Positions 1-12,640 of a stretch of 64,000 nt of DNA are shown here, piece by piece; the stretch's first letter is position 1; every line of letters starts with the position of its first letter. The position numbers were made by a program, and so were the translations under genes. The notes under the pieces were generated by a model. The model was not told the DNA's origin. It did not search any database and saw nothing but the letters and a program-made list of their open reading frames with translations. The DNA comes from Heptranchias perlo. Its lineage: Eukaryota. Location of the stretch: assembly GCF_035084215.1 (NCBI RefSeq), contig NC_090366.1, forward strand, positions 3,534,001 to 3,598,000, in the 5' to 3' direction.

Positions 1-312
1 AGCGATTTGAGTTGTCTCTGCTTCATTCCTACTTTTCGCCCCTTCCACATCCTTTCGCCCACATCCCATGAACGAATAAAAAAAACTGGGTTTCTCTACG
101 AAAATAAAAATTCTGCTTACCTGCCACACAATGACTTATTCCATTTTCACTGGTTCATTTATTTATCACCGTCACTTTCTCAATTTGTATCTTCAATTTT
201 CCTGTGTATTGTGGCTTCTCTTTACTCTCTTTCTCTCTAGCTCTGCTCCTCCCCTTTTCACTCTCTCGTCCTATCTCTCTCCGCTTAGTAACTGCGAGTT
301 GAGCAATTACGG

Positions 313-2995
313 ATGAAACATAAGAAACATAAGAAATAGGAGCAGGAGTAGCCTACATTGCTCCTCGAGCCTGCTCCGCCATTCAATCAGATCATGGCTG
401 ATCTTCGACCTCAACTCCACTTTCCCGCCCGATCCCCATAACATTCGGCCATCCCTTGATTCGCTTAGAGTCAAAAATCTATCAATCTCGGTCTTGAATA
501 TACTCAACGACTGAGCATCCACAGCCCTCTGGGGTAAAGAATCCCAAATATTGACAACCTTATGATTGAAGAAATTCCTCCTCATCTCAGTCCTAAATAG
601 CAGACCGCTTTATCCTAAGACTGTGTCCCCCAGTTCTAGACTCTCCAGGTAGGGGAAACATCCTCTCAGCATCTACGCTGTCAGGCCCTCTTGTTATCTT
701 ATATGTTTCAATGAGATCACCTCTCATTCTTCTAAACTCCAGAGAGTATAGGCCAATTCTACTCAAACTTTCCTCATAGGAAAACCCCCTCATCCCAGGA
801 ATCAATCCAGTGAACCTTCATTGCACCGCCTCAAAGGCAAGTACATCCTTCCTTAGGTATGGAGACCAATATTGCTCACACTCTCGTTGTGGTCTCACCA
901 AAGCCCTATACAATGTCAGCAAGAATTCCTTACTCTTAAACATCAATCCCCTTGCAATAAAGGCTAACATACCATTTGCCTTCCTAATTGCTTGCTTTAC
1001 CTGCATATTAACTTTCTGTGCTTCATGTACAAGGGAACCAAAATCCCTCTGAACACCAACATTTAATAGTTTCTCACCTTTTTTTTTAAATACGTTTTTC
1101 GATTTTTCCTACCAAAGTGAATATCCTCACATTTCCCCACATTTTACTCCATATGCCACCTTCTTGCCCACTCAGTTAACCTGTCTATATCCCTTTTCCG
1201 ACTCTTTGTGTCCTCCTCACAGCTTATTTTCCCACCTAGCTTTGCATCGTCTGCAAACTTGGATACAATACGCTCGGTCTCTTCATCTATGTCATTAAAA
1301 TAGATTGTAAATAGTGAGCCACCAGCACCAATCCCTACGGCAACCAACGAGAAACAACCTGCCAAATGACCTGTTTATCCTACCCTCTGATTTCTGTCCG
1401 TTAACCAATCCTTAATCCAAGCTAATATGTCATCCCCAATCCCATGTGCCCCAATATTGTGTAACACCCTATTATATGGAACCTTATCGAATGCCTTTTG
1501 AAAACCAAAATATGCTACATCCACTGATTCCCTCTTATCTGCCCTGCTCGTTACATCCTCAAAAACACTAACAGATTTGTCAAACACGATTTTCCTTTCA
1601 TAAGACCATGTTAACTCTGCCTAATCATATTATGATTTTCTAAGTGCCCTGTTACTGCGTCCTTAATAATAGATTCTAGCATTTCCCTTACTCCTGATGT
1701 GATGCTAACTGGTCTATATTTCCCTGTTGTCTCTCTTTCTCCTTTCTTGAATAGCGGGGTTACATTTGCTATCTTCCAATCCACGGGGACCGTCCTAAAC
1801 GCCACAGAATTCTGGAAGATCAAAACCAATACATCCTCTATCTCTGCAGCCACCTCTTTTAAAACCTTAGGGCGCAGACTATCAGGTCCAGGGGATTTGT
1901 CGGCTTTTGGACCCATTCATTTTTCCAAAAATTTTCTTTAATAATCTGAATTACTTTAAGTTCCTCACTCTCATTAGACCTTTGGTTCCACATTATTTCC
2001 ATTATTTTTTTTGCCTTCTACTTTGAAGACAGATGTAAAACATTTGTTTCGCGTCTCTGCCCTTTCCTTATTTCCCATTATAATGTCTCCTGTCTCTGCC
2101 TCTAAGGGGCCAACGTTTACTTTTGCTACTCTCTTCCTTTTCATATACTTAGCGAAGCTCTTGCAATCTGTTTTCATAGTACTTGCTAGTTTGCTTTCAT
2201 ATTCAATTTCCTCCTGCCTCTATTAATTTCTTGGTTATCGTTTGCTGATTTCTAAAACCCTCCCAAACATCAGGCTTACTACTCTTTTCGACAGGATTGT
2301 AAAGCTGTAATGCTATCATTAGCTTCTCTATTTAGCCATGGTTGGATCACTTTTCCTGTGGAGTTTTTATTGCTCAAGGGTAATTCGTTAGGAATTATGA
2401 ATTATGTCTTCAAATGTTTTCCATTGCTTATCTACCGTCATATCTTTTAATCTAGTTTTCCAATCTACCTTAGCCTACTCACCCCTCCTACCTACGTAAT
2501 TGGCCTTGTTTAAAGGTAAGACCATAGTTTCGGACTTAACTATATCACTCTCAAACTCATTATGAAATTCTATCGCATCATGATCACTCTTCCCTAGAGG
2601 ATCCTTCATTATATGATTACTAATTAATCATGTCTCATTACCCAATGCTAGATCTGATATAACCTGTTCCTCGACATATTGTTCTAGAAAACTGTCTCGA
2701 ATGCATTCCATGAATTCGTCCTCCAAACTACTTTAGCCAATTTGGTTTGCCCAGTCTATATGAAGATTATAGTTCCCCCATGATTATTCATTACTCTTGT
2801 TACATGCTTCTCTAATTTCCTGATTTATATTCTGTTCAACACTGTAGCTATGTGTTAGGGGGCCTGGAAACTACTCCTACCACTGTTTTCTGCCCCTTGT
2901 TATTTCTTAGTTCCACCCATTCTGATTCTACATCGTGATTTTCTGAATTAAGATCCTTTCTCACTGCTGCCTTTATCTCATCCTTTATTACCAGA
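313..2995 (-). mobile_element. Degenerate CR1-type LINE (ORF2 endonuclease/RT fragments plus 3' tail)
   Basis: Minus-strand ORF fragments carry CR1 ORF2 motifs ([40 protein letters not shown]) with many stops and frameshifts. The 3' tail repeat reads gaaacataagaaacataag on the + strand near 313-335. Confidence 0.9.
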
Positions 2996-3029
2996 TCATA
3001 ATAACGGGCTGCATAAACAAATGTATCCT

Positions 3030-3345
3030 CACCTCAACTCTGGCTCTTTTGCCAATTACTTAAATATGTGGCCTCTGGTTACCGACCCTTCTTGCAGTGG
3101 AAACAATTTCTCTTATTTACTCTATCAAAACCCTTCATGATTTTCAACACGGCTATTCAATCTCCTTTTAACTTTTCTGCTCTAAGGAGAACAATTCCAG
3201 TTTGTGTAGTCTCTGCATACCTGAAGTCCCTCATTCCTGTTACCATTCTAGTAAATCTCCTCTGCACCATCTCCCAAGGCCGTGACATCCTTCCTAAAGT
3301 GTGTTGCCCAGAATTGGACACGATACTCCAGCTGAGATATAAACA
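3030..3345 (-). mobile_element. CR1-like LINE 3' fragment
   Basis: Minus-strand translation includes LEYRVQFWATHFRKDV, matching the CR1 ORF2 C-terminal region. Confidence 0.7.
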
Positions 3346-3349
3346 GTGA

Positions 3350-3490
3350 TTTAAGGGATTCTCCCCAGTAAACCTGAACTGGAGAGTCTGCCTGGATTAT
3401 GTGCTCAAGTTTCGTGAGAGGGAATTGAACCAACGAACGAACCCACAGCCTCTGAGGCGAAAGCGCCACCCACTGAGCCAAGGTTGACAC
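3350..3490 (-). mobile_element. tRNA-derived SINE 5' fragment (Deu-SINE-like)
   Basis: Reverse complement reads ggctcagtgggtggcgc...ggttcaattccc...cttgagcacataatccaggc. This has A/B-box-like pieces and matches the head of the SINE at 15980. Confidence 0.65.
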
Positions 3491-4234
3491 AACACGCCAC
3501 CAAAGCAAATCGATCCATCCAAAATCCCTAGCACGAAGGCTGCACTTTGAGCCGGTGGGAAACCCAGCGAACTTTGAGGCGAAATTATTATGTGCATTGA
3601 TTATTTAGACACCAGCGGATATAATATTTGAAATGAAACGAAGAAAATGCATCAACGATTAAGTCCCATACAGTGCTGTAAAACCAGCGACCAATGGTAA
3701 AACATTGAAAAAATGTTTGTGATTGCAAATCAAACGTGCCAAAAAAAAGTGAATTTATTAAATATCCTCTGAACGATATTCTTTCTCGCGTGCGTTCCTG
3801 CAGTGTTTGGGGAGATAGGAGATTGCATCAAACCCTGCCCCCTAACGATGTACATCGTATTTCCGTTCAGTTATGTTAATTGTTCCATGTTCACCTGTCC
3901 CCATGCTGGATAGATCCTGCACATTGTTCAGTAATTGACAAACTCCCAGCAGCGTCCGTGAGTCTCAATTGGTTTCATCGCGAGAAAAGGAAACTTAAAG
4001 TTGAACTTCTGTGCGTCCATCGTCACTCCGTAACAGAAACAGTGGGGATGGAGATAAACCGGATCTGAACTGACAATGGAATCTGATCTGACCCTTTTAT
4101 GGTATTCGTCCAGGGTTAATAAATTTCTGCTGAGTGAGTTGCGGATTTGCGAAGAAGTGTACATTCCTATGGGATTGCTCTGCACTCTTTACGTAGACAC
4201 GTCGTAAATGCGTTTTCAAACATTTACATAGATT

Positions 4235-4600
4235 TACCTAGAATTTCACAGAATATACAGCACAGAAACAGGCCATTCGGCCCAACTGGTCCATACTGAT
4301 GTTTATGCTCCACACGAGCCTCCTCCCTCCCTACTCCACCTCACCCTATCAGCATATCCTTCTAGTCCTTTCTCCCTCATGTGTTTATCCAGCTTCCCCT
4401 TAAATACATCTATGCGATTCATCACAATTATTCCTTGTGGTAGCGAGTTCCACATTCTCACCACTCTCTGGGTAAAGAAGTTTCTCCTGAATTCGTGATT
4501 GGATTTATTAGTGACTGTCTTATATTTTTGGCCCCTAGTTCTGGTCTGCCCCACAAGTGGAAGCAGCTTCTCTTCATCCACCCTATCAAACCCTATCTTA
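4235..4600 (-). mobile_element. CR1-like LINE 3' end fragment
   Basis: ORF 4303-4662 contains FRRNFFTQRVVRMWNSLPQ...FKGKLDKHM, followed by the 3' UTR ggccgaatggcctgtttctgtgctgta. Confidence 0.85.
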
Positions 4601-5518
4601 ATCGTATAGCGCTGTATCAGCCTTGTCCCACGAAGCCTTCCGTCCACGAAGAATTTAATCATAGTGGGAAGATTTCACATGGTTCTCATTTCCAGCGAAT
4701 TTGTAAACGGTCCAGAAGATTTAGATTTCACTGCAAATGGTCACCAGAAGAAATGATCCCTCCTACCGTGTTATTAGAACACTTTACAATCATTAAATTT
4801 GGGGTGCGTGTTATGCTGTAACAAACCAGGTGAATTCTTAAGGTTTAAATTTGTGATTTTATTTAACTCCGTTTTTATTTGGAATGCACTGATATGGACG
4901 ATGTTAATATAATGGGCCTGTAGGACCATATTCGCGACCCAAGAAGGTAATTGCTGAGTCGAGCTTCATACAATACAAACAGGTGCCACAATTGTCTCCG
5001 CGTGAAAGACAACTGAAACAATGTACATTTATCTATCGCCTTTCACGTTTTCGGGATGTCCCAAGGTGCTGTGCAACTAATGGATTAATTAGAAATTCTT
5101 AATTACCTTGTTGGTTTACGTCAGAGATAACACATGCCGTTTGAGGGTAAAGACTTCGCCAGTTGTGAAATGATCCCAAGCTTCAATTTCAGTTATGTGC
5201 TAGCATAGCAGTGGCCGCACTGTGAATGGCCTCGACGCTCCTGGCCTAAATGGCAGAAAACAGCCAGCGTTCCCATTCCTGATCATTGTCGAGTGAGCCA
5301 TTTCCAGCTGGTAAACGTGCCGATGCCACGGCTGAGTAAGCACAGGATCAGGCACAACCGTGAGCACTTAGCTACGCCCAGGACAAGTTTTTACCACTAC
5401 ATGTTCTGAAAAGGAAGGATGCATTGTGAAGGAACAAGGCCACACAGTTTAGTGGTAAATAGTGAAAGATCCCCCGGGTGCTGACAGTGTGTCACAGGAA
5501 AAAATACAGTGCACTTAC

Positions 5519-5536
5519 TGCGCCACCTAGTGGCCG
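5519..5536 (-). promoter_or_regulatory. Candidate CTCF site
   Basis: Reverse complement CGGCCACTAGGTGGCGCA closely matches the CTCF core consensus. A TGTAGT upstream-motif-like hexamer lies 9 nt before it. Confidence 0.6.
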
Positions 5537-5592
5537 TAGCCAGCAACTACACCTACATTCGAACTCGCTGGAAATAACTATATTAACATGCC

Positions 5593-8578
5593 CATAAGGC
5601 AATAAGACCGTAAGAGATAGGAGCAGGAGTAGGCCATTCGGCCCCTCGAGCCTGCTCCGACATTTAATGAGATAATAGTTGATCAGATTATTACCTCAAC
5701 TCCACTTTCCCGCCCTTTCCCCATATCCTTTGACTCCCTTGCTGATCAAAAATTTGTCTAACTCAGCCTTGAATGTATTCAATGACTCAGCCTCCACAGC
5801 TTTTTGGGGTAAAGAATTCCAAAGATTCACGACTCACTGGGAGAAGAAATTCCACCTCATTTCTGCCTTTTTCTGAGACTATGCCCCTTAGTTTTAGATT
5901 CCCCCATCAGGGGTAACATCCTCTCAGCATCGACCCCAGAGAGTCCTCTCAGAATCTTGTATGTTTCAATAAGGTCTCATCTCATTCTTCTAAACTCCAA
6001 TGAGTATAGACCCAACCTGTTCAATCTTTCCTCATAAGACAACCCTCCATACCCGGAATCAACCTCGTGAACCTTCTCTGAATTGCCTCCAATGCAAATA
6101 TGTCCTTCCTTAAATAAGGGCACCAGAACTGTACGCAGTACTCCGGGTGTGGTCTCACCAGCACTCTGTACAGTTGCAGCATGACTTCCCTGCTTAAATA
6201 TTCAATCCTCCTGGAAATAAAGGCCAATATTCCGTTTGCCTTCCGGATTACCTACTGCACCGGTATGTTGATATTTTGTGTTTCCCAAATCCCCGGGGCC
6301 TGATAATCTACACCCCAGAGTACTAAAGGAAGTGACCCTGGAAATAGTGGATGCATTGGTGATCACCTTCCAAAAATTCTAGATATTCTGGAACTGGTCC
6401 TACAGATTGGAGAGTGGCAAATATAATCCCACTAATTAAAAAAGGAGGAAGGGAAAAAACAGGGAATTGCAGACCAGTTAGCCTATCATCAGTAGTGGGG
6501 AAAATGCTAGAGTCTATTATAAAAGATATGATGACAGAACCTTTGGAAGGCATTAACGGGATTGGACAACGTCGGCATGGGTTTATGAAATGGAAATCAT
6601 GCTTAACAAATCTACTGGAGTTTTTGGAGGATGTAACTAGTAGAATAGACAGGGCAGAACAAGTGGATGTGGTGTATTTGGATTTGCAGAAGGCTTTTGA
6701 TAAGATCCCACAAAAGAGGTTATTGTGCAAAATTAAAGCACATGGGATTGGGTTAAATATACTGGCATGGATTGAGAATTGGTTGACAGAGAGGAAACAG
6801 AGAGTAGGAATAAACGGGTCTTTTTCCGGATGGCAGGCAGTGACTAGTGGGGTACCGCAGGCATCAGTGCTTTGGCCCCAGCTATTCACAATATATATCA
6901 ATGATTTGGATGAGGGAATTAAATGTAACATTTCCAAGTTTGCAGACGACACAAAGCTGGGGTGGAATGTGAGCTGTGAGGAGGATGCAAAGTGGCTCCA
7001 ACGTGATTTAGACAAGTTGGGTGAGTGGGCATAACATGGCAGATGCAGTAAACCGTGCATAAATGTGAGGTTATCCACTTTGCTTGTAAAAACAGAAAGA
7101 CAGATTATTATCTCAATGGTGATGGATTGGGAAAAGGGGAGGTGGAACGAGGCCTGGGAGTCCTTGTACACCAGTCGCTGAAAGCGAGGATTCAGCTGCA
7201 GCAGTTAGGAAGGCGAATGGTGTGTTGGCCTTCATTGCAAGAGGATTTGAGTACAGGAGCAGGGGTGTCTTACTGCAGTTATACAGGGCCTTGGTGAGAC
7301 CACTTCTGGAGTATTGTTTGCAGTTTGGTCTACTTATCATGGAGGGAGTGCAACAAGGTTTACCAGACTGATTTCAGGGATGGCAGGACTGACGTATGAG
7401 GAGAGATTGGGTCGACTAGGCCGATATTCACTAGAGTTTAGAAGAATGAGAGGTGATCCCATCGAAACATATAAAATTCTAACAGGACTAGACAGACTAG
7501 ATGCAGGGAGGATGTTCCCGATGGCTGGGGAGTCCAGAATCAGGGGTCACAGTCTCAGGATACGTGGTATGCCATTTGGAACCGAGATGAGGAGAAATTT
7601 CTTCACTCAGAGGGTGGTGATCCCGTGGAATTCTCTACCACAGAAGGCAGTGGAGGCCAAGTCATTAGATGTATTCAAGAAGGAGATACATATATTTCTT
7701 AATGCTAAGGGGATCAACGGATATGGGGAAAAAGTGGGAACAGGGTACTGAGTTAGACGATCAGCCATGATCATTTTGAATGGCGGAGCAGGCCCGAAGG
7801 GCGGAATGGCCTACTCTTGCTCCTATTTTCGATGTTTCTATGTTTCATGTACGAGGACACCCAGATCCTTCTGTACCGCAGCATTTGGTATTATTTCTCC
7901 ATTTAAATAATATTTAGCTTTTTTATTTTTCTCACAAAGTGGATGACTTCACATTTTCCCACATTATATTCCATCTGCCAAATGTTTGCCCATTCGCTTA
8001 ACCTATCAATATCCCTTTGCAGACACTTTGTGTTCTCATCGCAACTTGCTTTTCCACCTATCTTTGCATCTTCAGCAAAGCTGGCCACAAGACACTCTGC
8101 TCCTTCATCCAAGTCATTGATATATATTATAAATACTTGAGGCCCCAGCACTGATCCCTGCGGCACCCGACTAGTTACAGATTGCCATTTTGAAAATGAC
8201 CCTTTTATCCCGACTCCTTGTTTTCTGTTAGTTAGCCAGTCCTCTATCTATGCCAGTATATTACCCCCAACACCATAAGCTCTTATCTTGTGCAGTAATC
8301 TTTTTTGTGGCACCTTATCGAATGCCATTTGGAAATCCAAATATACTGCATCCATTGGTTCCTCTTTATCCACCCTGTCCGTTACTTCCTCAAAGAACTC
8401 TAATAAATTTGCCAGACATGATTTCCCCTTCATAAAACCATGTTGACTCTCCTTGATTGCATTATGAGTCTCCAAATGTCCTGCTACTACGTCCTTAACA
8501 ATGGATTCTAGCATTTTCACAGTGATAGATGTTAGGCTAACTGATCTACAGTTACCTGCTTTCTGTCTCACTCCCTTC
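5593..8578 (-). mobile_element. 5'-truncated CR1 LINE (minus), interrupted by a nested plus-strand CR1 at 6285-7846
   Basis: Minus RT fragments at 6021-6227, 7903-8166 and 8248-8613 are colinear once 6285-7846 is removed. The block is absent from the paralogous site in copy B (35510-35530). Confidence 0.85.
6285..7846 (+). mobile_element. Nested 5'-truncated CR1 LINE
   Basis: ORFs 6414-7034 (RT: KAFDKIP, GVPQ, FADDTKL) and 7314-7751. Tail gatgtttctatgtttc; tgtttc is present at both junctions. Confidence 0.9.
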
Positions 8579-8699
8579 ACTAACACACAGATTGCAACGG
8601 CAAGAGAGACCATAGTGAGTCTTTCCCTGCACTTCCCCGCCTCTCCAGTTTGTGTTTTCCAACTCTGATTCTAATTAATACGAAGCAGAAATACTCCTT

Positions 8700-8920
8700 C
8701 GTGTATCTGTACCATGTGTTATTTGCCTATGTGTACCACATGTTTTTGTGTATCTGTACCGCGTGTTCATTGTGTATCTGTACCACGTGTTCTTTGAGGA
8801 TTTACACCACGTGAACTTTATGTCCCTCTATCGCGTATTGTTTGTGGACCTCCACCAAGTGTTCTTTGTGTATCTGCACCATGCATTCTTTGTGAATGCA
8901 CCACATGTTCTTTGTGTTGC
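8700..8920. repeat. 24-bp minisatellite (about 9 units), consensus ~TGTATCTGTACCACGTGTTCTTTG
   Basis: Visible tandem units; translate as an 8-aa period (VYLYHVFF). Confidence 0.85.
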
Positions 8921-8922
8921 AG

Positions 8923-9096
8923 GGAGAACATTGTGAGAATGATCCAGACAGTGGCGTCAGGGAACTGATATCAGATTCGTCTCAGCAGAACGAATACATT
9001 AATTACGCCAGTGTGCATTTTTCACATATTCCTCAAGAGCATGCATGTGTACATGGTAAAGGGATGAGTCAATTTGCAGCTATTAAGTACAACTGA
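8923..9096 (+). CDS. Terminal cytoplasmic exon of a plus-strand Siglec-like/ITIM receptor (copy A)
   Basis: Acceptor tttgtgttgcag| then GEHCENDPDSGVRELISDSSQQNEYINYASVHFSHIPQEHACVHGKGMSQFAAIKYN*. INYASV fits the ITIM consensus and SQFAAIKYN resembles the SEYAAIKFK tail of the minus genes. AATAAA at 9447. Confidence 0.65.
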   Translation, partial: GEHCENDPDSGVRELISDSSQQNEYINYASVHFSHIPQEHACVHGKGMSQFAAIKYN

Positions 9097-10299
9097 AAAG
9101 GACCGGAAACTGCAGAGGCCGCATTTTCTGATTCCCCACATTTCAGTTTCTTTCTCTAAACGATCTAAGTATAAAAACCAGGAGATACTGTGCGTTTTTA
9201 CAATCCAGACATCGGCAACGCTCGCTGTTGTTGCTTGCAGTGTTTGCCCCAGTATTCACCTCCTCCACCTTGAACGAGTTGACTCCTTGCTGAGCTTCGG
9301 TTCCTCCAATCCCTCGCTCAAGTTGCTACTTTGCAGATGGCTCTATTAACACTGAAGTTTGCTGCGAGACCCACCACCCCGAATCTGATCCTGCCCTCTC
9401 TGGATGTCCACAGGGAAACTTGCAACTGGGTTCACTCAACAGCGATAATAAACTATGGATGACATTTGTGACGTTATAACGGCAACATCGTGTTAGGAAG
9501 TACATATGTATTAGGGCGTTTTCCTAAAAGATATCGTAGATTTACAATAGGGCAAACATAATTAACATCAAACCTTCCCAGTGGAACCTAAAGCTTATCT
9601 ATTGCCTAAGTAGGAAGTTTGCGGGGCGGAAAGAATAGGAATGAGTGGGAAGCCGTGCACTCTGGTCCTCCGGATGTGACATCTCCGGGTTTCCAAACGA
9701 TATATAAAATGTCAGGGCAATCTGACAGAAACGTCACAGCCTCCCCATGTGACTTCACATGTTAAAAAATCAGTTCACGAGCGAGAGGTTTGAACATTGG
9801 GTGCAGTGCAGAGGAACGCTGCGACCGGTGAAAATAAAATACATTTAATGCCTCTCCATTAAATGTTGCCCGTTATTTTATTCACGATCATCAGATTGAA
9901 ACGAAATATATAAAATATGAATAGACGATAAAACAGAACTGACAATCCGATTGTTAAAGCATTTTCAATGAAAGGATAATCAGTAAACATTTATTGGGAA
10001 ATTTTGAAGGTCAAAATATTTCCCTTCAAGGGGCAATGTGCTTGTGTGAATTAAAGGAAACACGGGTCGGAGATAGGCCGCATCACTGTATCCAATTCTT
10101 TGACAACACCTCAAACCACCCCCACCCCCACCAAGCCCCTCCGCCCCCAGCCCCCACCCTCCATCCCCCCCCCCCCCCCCCGCCCCACCAAATCATTTCA
10201 AGCGTGGTTCTGAGGTTGTAGTGTGGAACAGTGCAATTACCCCTACAATCAAAATGTAAGCTAGGAGGAAGCAATTATTGCTTCCATGTGAGGCCAGTA

Positions 10300-10560
10300 G
10301 GTGTCTCGGAACACGGTCAACTCCAAATTCGCCTCCAAGTCACACACCATCCTGACTTGGACCTGTGTCGCTGTTCCTTCATTGTCGCTTGGTCAAAATC
10401 CAGGAATTCCCTACCGAACAGCACCGTAAGAGCACCTTCACCAGGCGGCATGCAGCGTTTCTAGATGAAAGGTCACCACCACCTTCTCAAGGGCAACTAA
10501 GGATGGGCAAAAAATGCTGGCCTTACTAAAGACACCCACACCCCGAGAATGAATAAAAAA
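10300..10560 (+). mobile_element. 3' fragment of a second LINE family (same family as 23820-24662); paralog at 38290-38540
   Basis: cctccaagtcacacaccatcctgacttgg...caccaccttctcaagggcaac...aatgctggcc...gaatgaataaaaaa. Confidence 0.8.
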
Positions 10561-12640
10561 TGTCCTAGTATTTTTCAATCAATTTCACTCCAATTTTCCA
10601 ATGATGTCCATGTTCTGAAGTTCATTGTTCTTATTGAAATGTGTTTCCACCGCTGCACAGTTGACCATTTTAACTTGCAAACCGAAAAACGAGTATATGC
10701 GGGTTTTTCGACAATAGCGGGCGCCCTGACTGACCTTTAAGTTCTGAGCCCAGGTTCGCTGGGCTTGGGACAATTTAATTGCTCAATTGTTTTCTGGTTA
10801 CCGTGGAAAACCTACAATCGCATTTTGAATTGCAGTTTGTTATAATTTCTCTGATTCCTTCTGGCGCCTGAGGTCTTGATTGCTGCGTATTATCAGTGTG
10901 GAATATAAAGTCTACTCAACTCAACAGCGCGCCACACAGTGACAGACCGGCAGCATTACAAAGGCTATTTGTCACTGCATTCATCAGGCACATCTGAGTC
11001 CGACAGAGGTAGAGAGACGTGACATGCAAAGATCAACTCCTGATTTACATCACTCTTTCCAACATTGACTGTCGAAATGTGTACTGAGTGTGCTAAACAA
11101 AACAGATGTGGCCGGAGAATGTGTTCTTCCTGAGGAAATGCACTTGCTACATTTGTCAAATAGAAGAATAGAAGGCGTGCACTGTGATTTGGTCGCTTTC
11201 CTCTCATCCTGTAGATGGAAACAACAGCACAAACTGCCATTTGGATACCAAGCACAGGAATCTTCAGTTATGGAAGGTAAATCATAATCGATACACGTTG
11301 TAAAGCTTGTGACGTTCCTCGTGCAATGCTTGGTCGTATTAACAACACAGTTCTTGGTATATTAGGTTGAATCAAAGTAAATGGAGGAGTTTCACCAAAG
11401 TGAATCTTTGCTACGTTTCATGCAAATTATCCTCTTTGATGTTTGGAACATAGTTATTTTATGGAAATTAACGTGTTTTAATATTTAATTGGGACATTAT
11501 AATCTAGACTGTGACGTCAAATCAATTCGTGCTGGTTTGTTGTCCGAATAATCTAGTTCATCCTTCAGAATCGGTTCTCCTGAAACAGAGACTCAAACAA
11601 AACCGAAGGTTGACCGAAGATTCCTCTGGAGGCTGTGTTTTAGTGACAGTGTAAACATAATTGGAGGATTAATCACTATTTTAAGCATAACACCTGGGAA
11701 ACTTTTACGATTATTTCGAGACACCGAACAAGGGACATATTCACAAAAATCATGACCAATGTCACTAACGCAGAGGGACCAAATGGAAATCCTCCAGCAA
11801 TATTTACACTGTCACTAACACAGGGAGTTAAAAGGGAGGATCCAACCCAGTTGCTGTACAAACTAACAAAAGCGTATTTCTTCTGCTGACTACTGTACCT
11901 GACTGGGGAAGGGTGGATGCTTATTTTGACTTTCAGTAAAGTAAAGTAATCCACGTTCATTGGAGAACAAAAACAATAACAAATGACCAGTTACGTCATG
12001 ACCATTTTCTAACCATGGCCCCACCATCTTTAAGCAAGTATTAATTTTCAGTACAATTTGATAAAGATTGGAATCCAATACTTCATGGAACTCCCTGCTC
12101 CGCCCTTTGTAATCAGTTCGCTTCCATTTCAAACTGCTTCTGAATGAATCAATAAGTTTATAAATGTCTAGATATCGTCGTGAATGAAACTGATGAAATT
12201 TGACACTGAGCTGAAGCTTCATTACTCTGGATGGGAGAGGCTTCCAAACTAACACAGCCGCCTATTGAGACGTTTAGCGCCGTGCAACAGGGCCATATAA
12301 CAAGGTGAGAGAGGGAAGCCTTCCATGGAAGGAACGTTAAAATTACTTAGGAGATTACTTCGTTTTATTAAAATAAAAATAAAGTTTTTAAAAAGTTATA
12401 TTGACCACTAGAGTCCGCCTCACTGCATTTCAGATTGGTGGTTTAAATGAAAGCACATGTGGGGTTATAAATCATATGTTCCAACAAAGAGAATTGAAAA
12501 TGTTAGCAATTAATCTCGGGAAGATGTCCATTTTCACAGCACTTCCTGAGTGTGAAGTCCCTGTTCTATCTCATGAAACCAGTTGTGTTGAGTTGTTGAT
12601 GAGATCTTTCTGTCCAAATCCAGTAAATCCCATTCGATTT

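Noticed and set aside
3350-3490. tRNA-like A/B boxes
   Set aside because: SINE head continuing into SINE body; no cloverleaf.
6323-7171. 282-aa minus-strand ORF
   Set aside because: Antisense shadow of the nested CR1 reverse transcriptase.
10115-10190. C-rich tract giving a poly-Pro/Gly ORF and possible G-quadruplex
   Set aside because: Low-complexity tract, much shorter in copy B (38143-38170); no evidence of function.
10930-10970. CACAGTG heptamers (also 15788, 16311, 38929; CACTGTG at 25806, 60910) as V(D)J recombination signals
   Set aside because: No ACAAAAACC-like nonamer at 12 or 23 nt spacing; the V exons end at splice-donor positions and are Siglec-type, not rearranging.
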